Source of the DNA: Phoronis australis
Taxonomy: Eukaryota > Animalia > Phoronida
Assembly (NCBI GenBank): GCA_002633005.1
Contig: NMRA01000159.1
Span: 404,591 to 468,590, forward strand
Direction of reading: 5' to 3'
Length of the DNA: 64,000 bases
Shown here: positions 45,601 through 58,374 of the stretch, piece after piece
Numbering within the stretch: the stretch's first letter is position 1
Layout of the letters: the number at the start of each line of letters is the position of its first letter
Position numbers and translations under genes: made by a program
Notes under the pieces: generated by a model
Seen by the model: only the letters and a program-made list of their open reading frames with translations
Told to the model about the DNA's origin: nothing
Database searches by the model: none

Positions 45601-48600
45601 AATTTCATGACATAACCAGTCAAGTCTGACCGTCCTACAAGGAAAGGCTCACAACAACCCAACAAGTAGCAACTTTAAAGTTTTCTTAGCATTCGCACCC
45701 TATGTTATACATGTCCTCCAGTTTGGAACTGGGGAATGCAACTCACACTTGACAGTGAAAGAGTTGAAGAATGGAGCCATACACGGTGTTGTTGTGCGCA
45801 GAAAGTTTACACAGTTCATTTGCAGCTATCAGAGCATGCCGAATTAGTCGCACTAATAAGTTGCCTAGCATCTAATCAATGCCACCAAATTTAAAGCAGG
45901 TAAAAAAACAGCACTTTGTCAAAACGACTCACTTCATGTCAAATACAAATAGCTGGTCTCACCTTGTTCGATACACAAGCCAAGAAATCACCCTATTCAA
46001 ATACATAACAAATTATGACCAATTTATAATTGTAAGAGAATATATAATACAAAGAGTCACTTCGGGAAAAGGTGATGAAAATACCATGTGATTACATGGA
46101 TGAAACATGTATGTACTTCTATGGCAGGACATTTTTTGTTCCAATTTTGCATTAGACAGGTTTTACAATGAGATGACTTCCACTGCATCACTACTTGTTG
46201 TCTACGGTGGACCTTACAGGCCACATTTTCACCGTGTTTAATGGCCTCAAATCTATTTTACCTAGGTTTGCAGATTCAGCAGACAGTTTCACACGATGAA
46301 ACTCGTTGACTTCCCCCATTACGCCCGCCTGCTAGATGGGTATAACAGTCAACCCCCCCCACCATCACATCTGCCAGCAAGCTAGGTATAACAATGAAAC
46401 CACCATCAAACCTGCCTGCTAGCTGGGTGTCACCCTCAAACCCTCAGCCATCACACCAGCCTCCTAGCTGGGCATAACAATCAACCCCCCCCCCAACACA
46501 TCAGCCTACTAGCTGGGTACACACTACATACCGTTTATTGGACTCTAGTACCTCCAGCAAACTCTTGTTCCTTACGTCTTGGTCATCAGCATTAAGCTGG
46601 AAGAAGACGACGACAGTCAAGAATGAACACGTATGCAATGACAATAGAGAGAAAATTCAAACCCGTAAAGACAAAAAGTACTTTGACGGCATACTTCACA
46701 TTTGATGACACGGTCTACTCAAGACAGCACAAAACGTAAACAGCAACTATTACAGGAGAGGACTTGGTCCTTCAGAAGCTACACGTCCAATGTTAACAGG
46801 ATTTATACAACAGCCACATGCCAACCAATCAGACAGCAGATCAAACATCTGATCAATCTCGAAAAACCTGATCTGACTTCCAATCGTCTGCCCCCAAACC
46901 ACAATCCGGATATGCCTTCTCAATCCAATGATGTCCTCTGTGGTTAGGCTTTGTTCAGATATGTTCCACGCCCCTGACTGGAAAGATTACTTAGCATTTT
47001 GCTCGCTAATGTTATGCTAATTAATTACTGGTAAGACGCTGGTTTAAGCCTCTAATCTGCCTTCTGATCTGGGACTGTAACTTTGCTCCAGAATTTGATC
47101 ATAAACTGACCAAACCTACCCCGTCAGCTATCATCAGCCTGTCCCAGGCCTGCTCCACCCAGGGGATGAAGGACGACTCAAAGTCGTGGTACTTCTTGTT
47201 ATGCACAATGTTGAGATTGAACAGAGCCAGCTGGGCGATATCAATCCTGGTGCAGAGAAAATAGAATGAGTTAAAACAGCAAATGTACAGTGGGCTGTGT
47301 TGTACAAAGGTAATAGGGCGATGTCTACGTGTGAAAGAGACTAGAGACACTTTTACATGAGACAGTTGTCGCCGTGACAGTTGTCGCCATGACAGTTGTC
47401 ACGGTGTGACTTGCTCCACTTTAGTCGCATTTACGCGTCATTAGATCGCAAACTGGATCACTATGAGTCAGTTACACCAAGGCAATCTGCGCATGCTCGC
47501 ATAAACAATAGCGAACAACCAAACCATATGAAATGCCAGAGGATAACCTGAATATACACTACTGCGATCTTTTCGTGAAATGCCCCTAACTTAAGAACCA
47601 AGTCCCTACTCAATTTCATTGTTACAAGGGCTTAGTAATTAAGATTTATTAAAAAATTGCATTAATTTAAGAGAAGCTCGTAATAAAAATAAAGTGATAG
47701 AAAAATTTTTTAAATTTTTTACTAAACTTTATAGTATAGAGTCCCTATTTGGGACTGTTTCATGCAATCATGCACATGATTCTTCAAGTGATCACATTTG
47801 ATTTGATGACCTTGATAGTTAGCTTTTGGAACCACATTTAACCAACAGCCCATTCAAACACGCCCTCTCTTGGGACTCACCATTTCATAGGCAGTCGTTG
47901 AACATACTCTGGGCCGGCATTGCAAGCTGAGCAAACAAAAATATAGAACCTGTCTCCGTACAATATTGGTCTCTCTAGGCACTGGATACAAGCTGCAAAT
48001 AGAATGACAATAACTGATATCACAGATTTGGTTCATTCTAATTATTGATACAAGTCTTGTTGACGATAACATAACAGTAAACTATTTGTAATGTTCCATC
48101 TACATGAATTTCTCAAACTCTCTGAAAATCCAGCTTGTCTCTGGGTCACATAGAGTACTGAGAGAAGTGATGATGATGATGATGCTGTTCAAACACAACA
48201 TAAAACGATTTAGATGAAAACGGCTACCCGACACGGACTGCGTTCAATAGCGAGTGGGACATTGTGTTTGACCAATGGTAGAGCCCAGGTGAGGGCCTCT
48301 ATCTGGGCTAATCAAACCACTTCCCCTTGTTGCGTGGGTAGCAAATTAACGCCATGGTAACAGTTTTCAATGCAGAAAAATGTCTTTCCAACAGAATCAG
48401 GGATGAGTATTGAGCCAAGAACAACCGTTGCTTTCCTCCTTAAGGATTTGTACACAATTATCTAACAGTGAAAATGTTAGTGCACAAGTCACATGAAAAC
48501 AAAATTTCAAAATGTATTTCATCAGATCACATGACCTTGATAGTGTCTCCTTTTAAACAAAACATTACGGTAACAAGGTATCATAAAAGCAAACAAGCAC

Positions 48601-51600
48601 ATTCACCATAATGAATTCACAAGCACATTCACCACAATGAATCCACAAGCATATTCACCACAAAGAATCCACAAGCACATTCACCCCAATGAATTCACAA
48701 GCACATTCAACACAATGAATTCACAAGCACATTCGACACAATGAATTCACAAGCACATTCGACACAATGAATCCACAAGCACATTCACCATAATGAATCC
48801 ACAAGCACATTCACCATAATGATTCCACAAGCACATTCACCATAACGAATCCACAAGCACATTCACCATAATGAATCCACTTTCAAAAACTTTGAAAAAC
48901 TGGAGGAAATGTGACCTCTGATCTCTCAAATAACCAAAAGATGAACACGCACAAGTAATTGACACGTGACTACTTCTTACCTTCGTGAAACCACTGGCGA
49001 CATCTACAGCACTGTAGCATTTTCATGAACCAGCTAAGATGAAAAAAATGAAAAGTTCAGATTAAACTCGAGTTACAAACAAAAAGAAATTTAACGGATC
49101 TACATTAAACAGTACTGAAAAATCTTAAATTTAATTTAGTTATAGATTCCCAGATCATGGCTTCTTGAGACGTGCTTTCTGAAGCGATAAAATGTGGGAT
49201 GCCAGTCGTAGATACATACTTTCATGAGTCGATTGAGTCGTCTACTATAGCTTGTAACATTTTAGTCTCTTGAATGATTTTCTCTAAGGTGAGACCATTA
49301 GAAACCCTAGAAAATATTTTTATTCCGTGGACACCACAGAATTTACATGAAGAACAAAATAATGTGAAAAGGTGTAGAAAATGGGTACACTTAAGCTTTT
49401 CCAAAACGGTTTATAACCAAATTAAATATGAGATATGCAAGATAGCTGTTTTAATGAAACGTTGAATATTTCAATCTAATCTATAAGACAAAAAATGATC
49501 TCAGAAATGAATTCAATTAATCAAACTTTATCTTAGACTTTTCGCAAGCATTTGATAACATCAATCACACTCACTCGCCAGGCCCACCACAGTAACAGTA
49601 ACACTCCTCTTTATTACTCTTGTGCGTACTGTCCCAGGTTATACTACTCAGCTGAAAGTAACAAGAGACTAAAGTACAGCACACAATATGGTCAACAAGA
49701 GGAATTTCATTTTGTCAAAGTACTCAACAAAAAATAATAGTTCAGAAAAGTTTACTTTGCTTTTAGCGTGTTTTTCTTTGGCATAGCTATTGCCAAACAA
49801 CATTTGGTCAAATTTTGAGCATTCGCAACAATGTGGTAAGTCTCTATTTTTATTCCAAACTGACAATTTTTTACAGTAGATTTATGTCAGACACACGCAA
49901 AGACATGTGATAGTAAAAGATGTGATTCATGGAATCTAATTCTTCCACAGAACTAAGGGTTTCTAACGGAATCTACAGATTAGAAAAGTAGATACCAAAA
50001 TTCTAATGTTGTTGGTTTTTAATTATCGAACCGCTGTCAAATAAGCAACAAAAGTTCAATTTGAATTCATAAGCATAGCATACATACATGATATTGAGCA
50101 CAAGGAAATCAATTGTCAGAATTCTAGATGACCACTTACATCATAGGGAAGTGAAAGTTTTATTGCTTGTAATGCTTCGGCTGAAATAAAATAAATTGAA
50201 AACAGTGGAATGATGTTCAAACACAACACAGTGACTAATAAATAGATGTGACATAACAACCTGCAGGCTACCGCTGCTGATTTTCAATTTTCATACCAGA
50301 TTTCCAAGAAGCAGTCAGAACACAGATCAGATAAGCTCATGTACACAATGTCCTGAAATAAGTTCCTCACTAAGAACGACCTTGCGAGCTCACACCATCA
50401 GCACAGGGATTTTTGTTCCTATTTGCCGAGAAGTCAACCAATGCATTCACTTTCCATTACAAAAAAATACGCAAGGCACAATTTGGAAAGTTCAAGTAAA
50501 ACCGCAAAATGTTTGCATGTCAAGCAATTTCAATAAGCCAAAATCTTTAGAAATGTGAATATTACCCTCTGGGCCAGTTTTGACAGCACCACCTTTCTGC
50601 AAGTAGAAAAGAACAAATGATGAAAAATTGAAGTGACTGAATTCCCAAGAGGTCAGCTTGATGAAAAGTGACTTAAGACTTAACAAAAAATATGGCCTTA
50701 AGCTCAAACTTCGTCATTACCAGATGAAGGTTGCTAATGTAATTACTAACACGTCAAAGTTGAGAAATAATTTATACAACTAGCAAATATGCTAAACTGA
50801 GATTTAATTATTTTTCATAAATAGTTGGGTAGAGCGAAAGATCAAATTTACAACTGAAGTCTAAAGTCACTTTTCAAAAAACAGACTCATGCAATGTACT
50901 CTGCACACAACTACAGTGTAGAAGGATCACAGAATGAACCAATGAGGAGCTCTGAGACAAAATGGCAAGCACTACACACGGCACTGGCTCACAAAATCGC
51001 AATGTGCACTACACAGGGCACTGGCTCACAAAATGGATGAATTAAAGTAACATCAGATTACAATATTCGTCAAACTTTGTTGAAACATTTCTCAAAAAAT
51101 TTAACATTTGAACATAATCGGACAAAATTCTACCTGTATTTCTTATTGCTCCTTGTAATTCTTTAACAAGTTTTTAAACCAATAGCATGCGAATTCTTTG
51201 GGATTACTACTATAGAATTCAGTCAAGTGGCTAACCTTCATCATCCATTTTCAGGTTATTTCACTTTTAACGTTTTCAACAATTTTTGAACATCGATCTC
51301 AAAGTAGTTCGTCTGTCGATTCTCACAGAAATTTCCCCAAAGAAAATATGGACTATGGTCAAAGAAACCATCTCAAATTTTCTGATTTCCAACGCAGATA
51401 TAAGTCATCAAAGACGAAAACTTGGGACATTTTTAAAAAGGTACTTTGATGGAAATTCATGCTCAAAGCAAAAATGACTATTTTCCCAAAAAAACGACAG
51501 TCGCGCGATTATAAATGGTTAGAATTACAGCATAAACTAAGATTTTTCAATGATCAAGGATTCAGAAAATGTGAAGGTGTTTCAATATACACATTTCACG

Positions 51601-54600
51601 ATTGAAAGTGAACAGTTAGCAAAATTTTTGATGAAGTGTAAAAAGACTTCACAGGGGGTGACACTTACATAAATTTGACACAAGTAAGCATTGCACTCAT
51701 GCATCCCCTCCAACTTTTACAAAAAATAAACCGTAAAACCAGCCACATAAACCCCTCCATGGTAGGAGAAGCAAAAGAACACACTACTGAAATCCGCATG
51801 CCTTGAAAACACTCAGCTCAAACTATTCACAATTTTTTCACTTCTTGAAACAAATCAAATGATGACCACAGATGGAGAATTCAAGCAGTGGGCGAAGTGT
51901 GTGTCATTAGAAAATAGACTGGTGTTGAGTAACAAGACAATAGATCGTGAAAGCCTCCAGACAGTGTGGCTCAATGGTTTGTTCTATGGACTCCCGTTTG
52001 GGAGACCCAGGTTCGAATCCTGGCTTTACTGGCACAAAATTGAGAATTAAACAGAGGTGTCTCTTACTCCTCTGAGCTCGGTCTTACTAGTGAATGTACA
52101 CAACGGAGTGAATGAGAACCTGGATATAATGTGAAAGCGACTTCTAGGAATGCGCGAACATTTAAAAAAAGCCTCCTCCACTAGTGGATACAACCTTTTC
52201 AAAGTAAAATCAACATAATTTTGAAGCAAAGTTTGGCAAATTTTCAAATGCTTCGTCCTTCTTTTCAGGTTCTTGACATAATTTTGATGAAGCAACGCAT
52301 ACTTCGACATTTCTCACTTTTTGAAAATTTCTCACAAAAAATGGCTTACTCGGATGGCGGCTGCAAATATACAGTGTCGACATTGCCATGGTACATCTGG
52401 CTTGAGTACATCACTGGATATCTCCGGCTTATGGCACTGCTGGTGATAACCTGTAAACAGAACATACTATTATGTTCAAAAGTGATGAATATTCTCCAGG
52501 CTTCTCTTGACATGTAAGTCTTTAGCCATCCAGGGAAGTTCATAATCAAAGAAAAATAAAACAGGTTCAATGGTTCTTACTGAAAATAAGTAAGTCCTCG
52601 GGAGCATCATGCTCAATTCTTGAAGAATGGTTGAAGGACTGGAATGAAGCTTTGCGTTGAGCTTTCACGAGATTTGATCGATAGTAGAGTTCCAAGCAGT
52701 ACACAGAGAGCAAACTTGACACTTCTGTGTCTATTAAGTGCGAGATTCAGTGCTTTAATGAAGATATATTCCATTCCTCAAGAAGAGCCGGATGCATCCG
52801 AGGATTTAAGGATTGTTAGAAAGTACCATTGTTCAGTTGAAGATTTAATTTCACTTTGATTATTCTCAGCCTAAAATCTTGAAATGTCACAATAACAATG
52901 TGGATTAAAATCCATTTCAACACAACGATTCACTTTAATTCTGTGTAAATTGCTTCTGAAAATCTCTAATGCTTTGCATCATATTCATAACTGGAATTCT
53001 CTCTAAAAATGAGTGGCTACACAAAAGAAAGATACGTAAATCAGTGTCAGAGTAAAGTTCAACATTGAATTTCTGTTTTACAACTTTATTGCTGAATAAC
53101 TCAAATATTTAGGCACAAAACAATGGCAAGACTGGCAAAAGTTCTGCAGACGTACATACAGTTCTAATCAGGGCTTGGAATGCCAAATGGTGAAAAACGC
53201 GGAAATTTTTACGGCCCGACACATGCGCGCGGCCGGCCTTGAAAAAGTCGGTGTGGACNACGAGCCGCCATTGAGGAAATCCACCACGCTTTTCCCAGAT
53301 GCCCCGGCAATGTTGACAATTTACGTTCCTCCGAAACATAAAGAGCAACTTCCGCTTTTCGAGGTGAAAGTCGTCGGCAACGCGGCGGTAAGAAAGAAAT
53401 TTGCCGCGGAAATTTTATATGAAATCAGATTTTTTTAAGCGGAAATATAATCAAATACGTGGAAAGAACATTTGAAAAAAGCGGAAATCCACGTTTCCGC
53501 GGAAAATTCCAAGCCCTGTTTAATTTGTTACCTAGTACAAACAGTTGGGGCATTTTCGCGCAATGTTGCTTGGCTCACCAAAGTTGGAACTACTCGAGAC
53601 GAGCAAGTGTGCCTTATGCCAGTTGGCCAAAATCTCAGCTCGCAAATGCGACAAGCTGCTCATTATGTCAAGCCCTGCTTAAAACGATCACCTAGTTAAG
53701 GTAGCACTAAGCAAGCAAATGTCCCTTTAAATAATTCCCTTGAATAACTGACCTACGCCACAGTTATCACACAGTACAATCTCGTCGGGTGCCTCAGACC
53801 TCGCCTCGGAACATGTGGAACAGATGATTTCGCCATCCTTCTCACCTGCAAACAAACAAGCAGTTAAGAGTCCGCAGCCTGCACACCAATTGCAAGAATT
53901 CTACCATCAAAGAATTCATTCACAACAACCTGGCTAAAGTAACTTTAGGAAACAGGAAAGGTGGATTAAATCACGGGAAAATCAGACAAACATTTTTAGC
54001 CCAGAATATCATTGCTTTTTTGCCGAGAAGATGCTCGTTGACTTTTTGAAAACGAACAGTACTGTACAGATAATATAAAAAAATAATTGCAGGCGGCCTG
54101 ATACACGTTGTATCAGACGTGCGCAGGCCTCGCATGTGGGCTCATTGCACTGATCACCTGGAAATATTTTTATGCTTTATTAATATATGTACAGATGGTT
54201 GATAGTCAAAACATCTTCACCAACAAGAGGTTCTTCAGTAAATAGAAAGGCAAGGACACTGGGGTCTCCAGTCCACTGACAAGATCCCAGTGTGACAGAA
54301 GGGATCACTGTTTCGAGTCTGACCTAACTTACAGTTAACTCTCGCCTATACAGGTAAAAAATAATCCACAAAAATTGACCGTGCCTCATTTTAAGGCTTC
54401 AACTTTTTCAAAACTATGGTGGTGGCCATTGCACAGAGCTTGAAAATATTTAGGCCTTCACCTATGCTACAAGTCTCTCATGAAACAACAAGGGTGCAAA
54501 ACCTGTCCGCCGCACTGCGTCCCAAATTGGTTTGGTTTTACAGTAACAGTGGAACAAGACCTAAGGCCTCATGCACAACATGAACACAACAACAGGACAA

Positions 54601-57600
54601 ACTAAAAAGGTGACCAATAGAATTGAATGCAAGTCTAGAAGTTAGATCCAATAAACATTGAGTGGATAACTACCTTTGACAGACACACGCTGTGGAGGCA
54701 ACATCTACTCCCTAGATCTATTGTCATGGTCATGTGACCTTTGTATCAACAGCCGTTACTGAAAGAACATGCCCACATTTTGAGAATCCGTTTTCTTCAA
54801 AGAATATAGAGCATCAACTGGTTCTCAAAATGCGGGCGCATTATCACAGACTACTGCCCCACAACCTACACTGTTCCGAGGACTAGAATCTCCAATATGG
54901 TAGCTGGACCCAGTCACAAAATATGATCTCAACTCTCTAGCCTGCACTTATTACTCTACTGAATGACTGGAGTCATCCAGTAAAGGAATAGATACAAGAG
55001 TAATTCTAAATCTCAACTGGACTCTTGAGAAGCATTTCACCGGCGACTACTGACTTGCTTAAGCTCCTGCGACACCTATAAGGGTGTGTGTAGTTGCTGA
55101 GACAAATGGTGGGAAAATTTGTATGTGCACGTGGGATCGGATTTAGTTGAAAGTTTCAAGCCATTTTCCTCGAGACAACACACGCCAACAGGTGTCACAG
55201 GAGCTTGAAGTAGACAACGGTGACCAATGATATGTTGCCTAAATTGCCCAAGTAAGTCAAGTGAAGACACATTTTTTCCTGTATCTTTTATTGTCTGGTT
55301 AGAGTTTTATCTCTAACAATCAAACTTTTGTATTTGGATGTTCGATCAGCACTCCTCCGTGGTCCAATCACAAAAGTTGATCTCCCACTACAGAATTTGT
55401 CAACTGAGTTTATATGTCTAACCTGCACTGTTTTGAGGATCTTGTCACCTTACTGTTCCACTACCCTAAATGGGTTTACCTTTTTGAATATCTTTGAACA
55501 GTGCCCAGTACTCCGAACCGTCTTCAAACTTTATGTAACACTTGGATGCAACGACCTAGAAGAAAACAATGCCAATAGAGTGACTTCACCAAACCACAGG
55601 AGTGAAAGGTACAGTGAGCGCTTTTTAGGTAGGACAGCTACTACCTGGGGACATTTACGTTTGACTTAATTTTGTGACGGTCACAGAGCTTGGAATGATC
55701 GGTGACAAAAAAGAGGAATAAATAGGCATGTGTGACAGAAATATTTGTTAGTGTTCTATAATTTCAATTAACTAAGTGAGCATTTTTGCATGAATAAAGT
55801 CAAAATAAAGATAAAAAAGTGACAAAAAATAGGAAACTCGAAATAAAATCAGAGGAAATCGAAACCAAAAAAGAGGAATTATTTATAACAATGGACTAGA
55901 TTGATTTTTGGATTAAAAAAAAAACACTGTCATCAGGCACTGAAACAAAACAAGAGATATATGAGATACATAATGTAACTAAAATAAACATTCTTTACAA
56001 AATAATACAAAATAATGCTTTCTTGCTGTCATACTCAGTCTAAAAAATATTTTAAGAACTCTGCTGTCGGATACTAAATTGACACTAACCAGAGTCCTTT
56101 TCATCACTTCACTCTGGATGTAAAAGAGTGATGCCACTAAACAGCACTAATATTAACTAGGACAAACTTATATTAATAGTTTTCCCTTGCCCTTTACTGG
56201 GTAGTTTGGCGAATTAAATATTCTACTGTCTATACTTTTCTTTAAGGTAGGGCTTGTTTATTTATTTATTTATTTATCTAGCAGAAAAATCATTTCCTTT
56301 TAAAGCCTCAAAAAAACAAATGCTTTCATCACAATGTGTATGAAATGTTCTGATTCGCGCGCATAAAATATAGTCAGACATGGGAAGTGAAACAAGCTAA
56401 TTATAATTTAGGCTTTTACATACACAGTGACTCTCCCAAAACAGGTACCAAACATTTGCTATTTTTTTCAATAGGGGCAGGAGTTTCAAATTTTGCAGAC
56501 TAGTAATCTTCTGTTGGGAGCTAGTGTTGAGGTTGAACGTTTTTATGCTAGCATTATTGGCGGCATACCAGCGCTTTTCCCCAACGCTCCTTGCATTCAG
56601 TGCACTAAAGCACAAGGAGACATGAAATGTCTGTAAAGATGGCCTAGTTCAATTGACAAGATAGGCTCATTAGCACTAACTGAGACAAAGAACTTTTATT
56701 GTAGGTGCTGGGAATGTCCTCAATCAGCATCTAAGCACAACTCAACGTGACTTCCCAAATTGAAAATCATGCGCTGCTCTACAGAATACATCCGATGGGC
56801 GCGAATTTTTGACACCTGTGTGCTACAGAGTTTGTTCGCAATAGAATTACGCAGGTTTTATGCAGTCTCATGTACCTAGCTCAATAAGTAGAAAAAAATA
56901 TTCGCAAAAGTTTGGGGCCTGTTACGGGAGAAACACCACGTATACAACGAGAAACTACCTTCAATACATGGCCCAGGTACAACAAACCATCGTTCCAGCG
57001 TGCCAAAACTTCCTGACCCTGTGTAAACTTAAGTCCACTGGTGGATGAGCCGTTGGAGGTGTGTGAATCCACTGAAGTACCACGTGATTTCCGCCGGCCT
57101 GTTAAACCAAAACTTTGTATTAGCTCAAGCACTTGGCACTGTGACAAGACTATGTAAAATCTCACTTGTGTCACACAAGATTCGAAAAAGCCCGTCAGTA
57201 GCTTGGGCAGGTAATTTCCCCACAGATGTCTTGACTGGGTATTTACAAAACCCGGGACAATCTCAGATACGTAATTGAAACAGTGGAGATTATTAACACC
57301 GCATGTGGCGGCACCCAATGCCCGTTACATAGAAGAGAACCACCATCCCCACCCCGCACGTGTTTTGCAAACATACCTCTAAACAACCAATGAAATGATA
57401 GGATGCAGGTACTTCGGTGTCTTGAGTAACGACAGTGGATGATATCAACACCCATAATTATCACCACTGCATGAACAGAGATATCTCAACGTAACTATCT
57501 TGCAAGTGACTAATCGTTATTGGCACGTCCCAGGATGCATTACTTCAGTGATTCTTGAAAAACGACATGGCAACAGGGCCTTTACAACAGTTACTTTTAA

Positions 57601-58374
57601 CAAAACCACGTTGGTTAAAAATACCACACAACTTTTTTCTCCAAACTTATACCGCTATCTGTGAAGATTGCAAATCTAGAAACAGGCTTACTATCTACAT
57701 CAACAGACATACTATTGATAGAAATGAAAGTCACGTCATGCATTTTATGGTGACCATAGATCAACTTACAAGAAGAAGAAAACCAATTGCCACTGAAAGG
57801 AGTATGAGATATCTTTGAAGCCTTTCCTTTCCCAACACCTGGAAACATTTGTGGTTTGGATGCTGTGAAGGAGCATTACCTACAAACCACAATGCATACA
57901 GTGCCTCCCTCTATCTGCAGAAAGGCTAAATAGGAAGCAGTTGTTTGCAGTTAAATAAGGGGGGTTCACGACGGCAGGAAAATAAATGACTGATCCAGAA
58001 ACATAAGCGTGACCAAACAATTTTGGCCTACCTGGCTTGGAGACCAAAGACCGCGTCCTTGTACGTGTCGAATTGTACTTTGGCTGAAGTCTAGATGGCC
58101 GAGCAGGGTTCCTCTTAATGAACCCCGTCACTGAAGGAATGTTATTATTGTTGGCTTCACCCGTTTTCATGCAGTCCCTCCCAGACAAATCTGGGCAGGT
58201 AACCTTGTAAGGCTCGCTTGGAGGGTCGTGTCCATCGCTTGTGTCAACTAAATCTGAACAGGGTTCAACCTTCACGTGATGTGATAATGTGAGATCGGTG
58301 GCAAGCATAGAGTTCAGGTTACCCTGGAGAGGTAGTGGGTGTTGCGGCTCACCCTTGCAGGGGGAGACGGACAT
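41922..58374 (-). CDS. Pcl: Polycomb-like protein (Pcl; MTF2/PHF19/PHF1 family PRC2.1 subunit), about 755 aa
   Basis: Exons (minus strand): 58374-58032, 57098-56959, 55555-55480, 53845-53753, 52450-52350, 50596-50566, 50180-50140, 49651-49575, 49033-48981, 47992-47881, 47246-47120, 46596-46532, 44611-44438, 43875-43764, 43429-43403, 42617-41922; all phases consistent. Tudor [22 protein letters not shown]; PHD1; KGGAVKTGP; PHD2 [29 protein letters not shown]; winged helix [10 protein letters not shown]; C-terminal [11 protein letters not shown]...QYLIEWEG. Confidence 0.96.
43403..43429 (-). CDS. Pcl: Candidate Pcl 27-nt micro-exon (ATHKCSSIK)
   Basis: ttttaacag acceptor, AAG|gtagag donor; frame-preserving. 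Confidence 0.5.
43764..43875 (-). CDS. Pcl: Pcl exon ([19 protein letters not shown]...RRRVDDL)
   Basis: tttccag acceptor, gtacat donor; phase 2 in, phase 0 out. Confidence 0.8.
44438..44611 (-). CDS. Pcl: Pcl exon, winged-helix wing
   Basis: [22 protein letters not shown]. Confidence 0.93.
44928..45112. mobile_element. TTAA-inserted (Kolobok-like) non-autonomous element, left end
   Basis: ttaa+AGTGGCTTGGAACG is present in one copy of the duplicate and absent from the other; cut off by the N. Confidence 0.5.
45114..45475. repeat. About 360-bp near-identical duplicate of 44570-44931, including part of a Pcl exon; probable allelic haplotig
   Basis: Starts right after a single N at 45113; scattered substitutions relative to the first copy. 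Confidence 0.85.
46313..46520. repeat. Degenerate minisatellite, unit about 40-45 bp, about 5 copies
   Basis: Recurring gcctgctagctgggtataacaatcaacccc core. Confidence 0.8.
46532..46596 (-). CDS. Pcl: Pcl exon, winged helix
   Basis: [21 protein letters not shown]; phases fit both neighbours. Confidence 0.88.
47120..47246 (-). CDS. Pcl: Pcl exon, winged-helix (EH) domain
   Basis: [37 protein letters not shown]. Confidence 0.95.
47881..47992 (-). CDS. Pcl: Pcl exon, end of PHD2
   Basis: [38 protein letters not shown]. Confidence 0.95.
48593..48880. repeat. 26-bp minisatellite, about 11 copies
   Basis: (cacaagcacattcaccataatgaaty)n, head-to-tail with no spacers. Confidence 0.95.
48981..49033 (-). 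CDS. Pcl: Pcl exon, PHD2
   Basis: [17 protein letters not shown]. Confidence 0.95.
49575..49651 (-). CDS. Pcl: Pcl exon, start of PHD2
   Basis: [25 protein letters not shown]. Confidence 0.95.
50140..50180 (-). CDS. Pcl: Pcl 41-nt exon
   Basis: [14 protein letters not shown]. Confidence 0.92.
50566..50596 (-). CDS. Pcl: Pcl 31-nt exon
   Basis: [10 protein letters not shown], conserved linker between the PHD fingers. Confidence 0.92.
51953..52170 (+). mobile_element. tRNA-derived SINE
   Basis: A box tggctcaatgg and B box ggttcgaatcc, followed by a body and a tgtgaaagcg...A-rich tail; no complete cloverleaf. Confidence 0.65.
52350..52450 (-). CDS. Pcl: Pcl exon, PHD1 C-half
   Basis: [11 protein letters not shown]...[13 protein letters not shown]. 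Confidence 0.95.
53169..53518. mobile_element. MITE with CAGGGCTTGGAAT TIRs
   Basis: 13-bp TIRs; flanks tctaat/tttaat; internal gcggaaat repeats. Confidence 0.75.
53753..53845 (-). CDS. Pcl: Pcl exon, PHD1 N-half
   Basis: [24 protein letters not shown]. Confidence 0.95.
   Translation of the reverse strand: MRRMAKSSVPHVPRRGLRHPTRLYCVITVA
55480..55555 (-). CDS. Pcl: Pcl exon, Tudor C-half
   Basis: [25 protein letters not shown]. Confidence 0.95.
56959..57098 (-). CDS. Pcl: Pcl exon, Tudor N-half
   Basis: [23 protein letters not shown]. Confidence 0.95.
58032..58374 (-). CDS. Pcl: Pcl coding exon 1 ([10 protein letters not shown]...)
   Basis: Acceptor at 58388, ATG at 58374, gtaggc donor in phase 1. 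Confidence 0.78.

Noticed and set aside
48593-48880. 26-bp repeats as a CRISPR array
   Set aside because: Units are head-to-tail with no unique spacers, there are no cas genes, and the site is a eukaryotic intron
51960-52030. tRNA gene
   Set aside because: A and B boxes are present, but there is no proper acceptor or anticodon stem and the sequence continues into a SINE body
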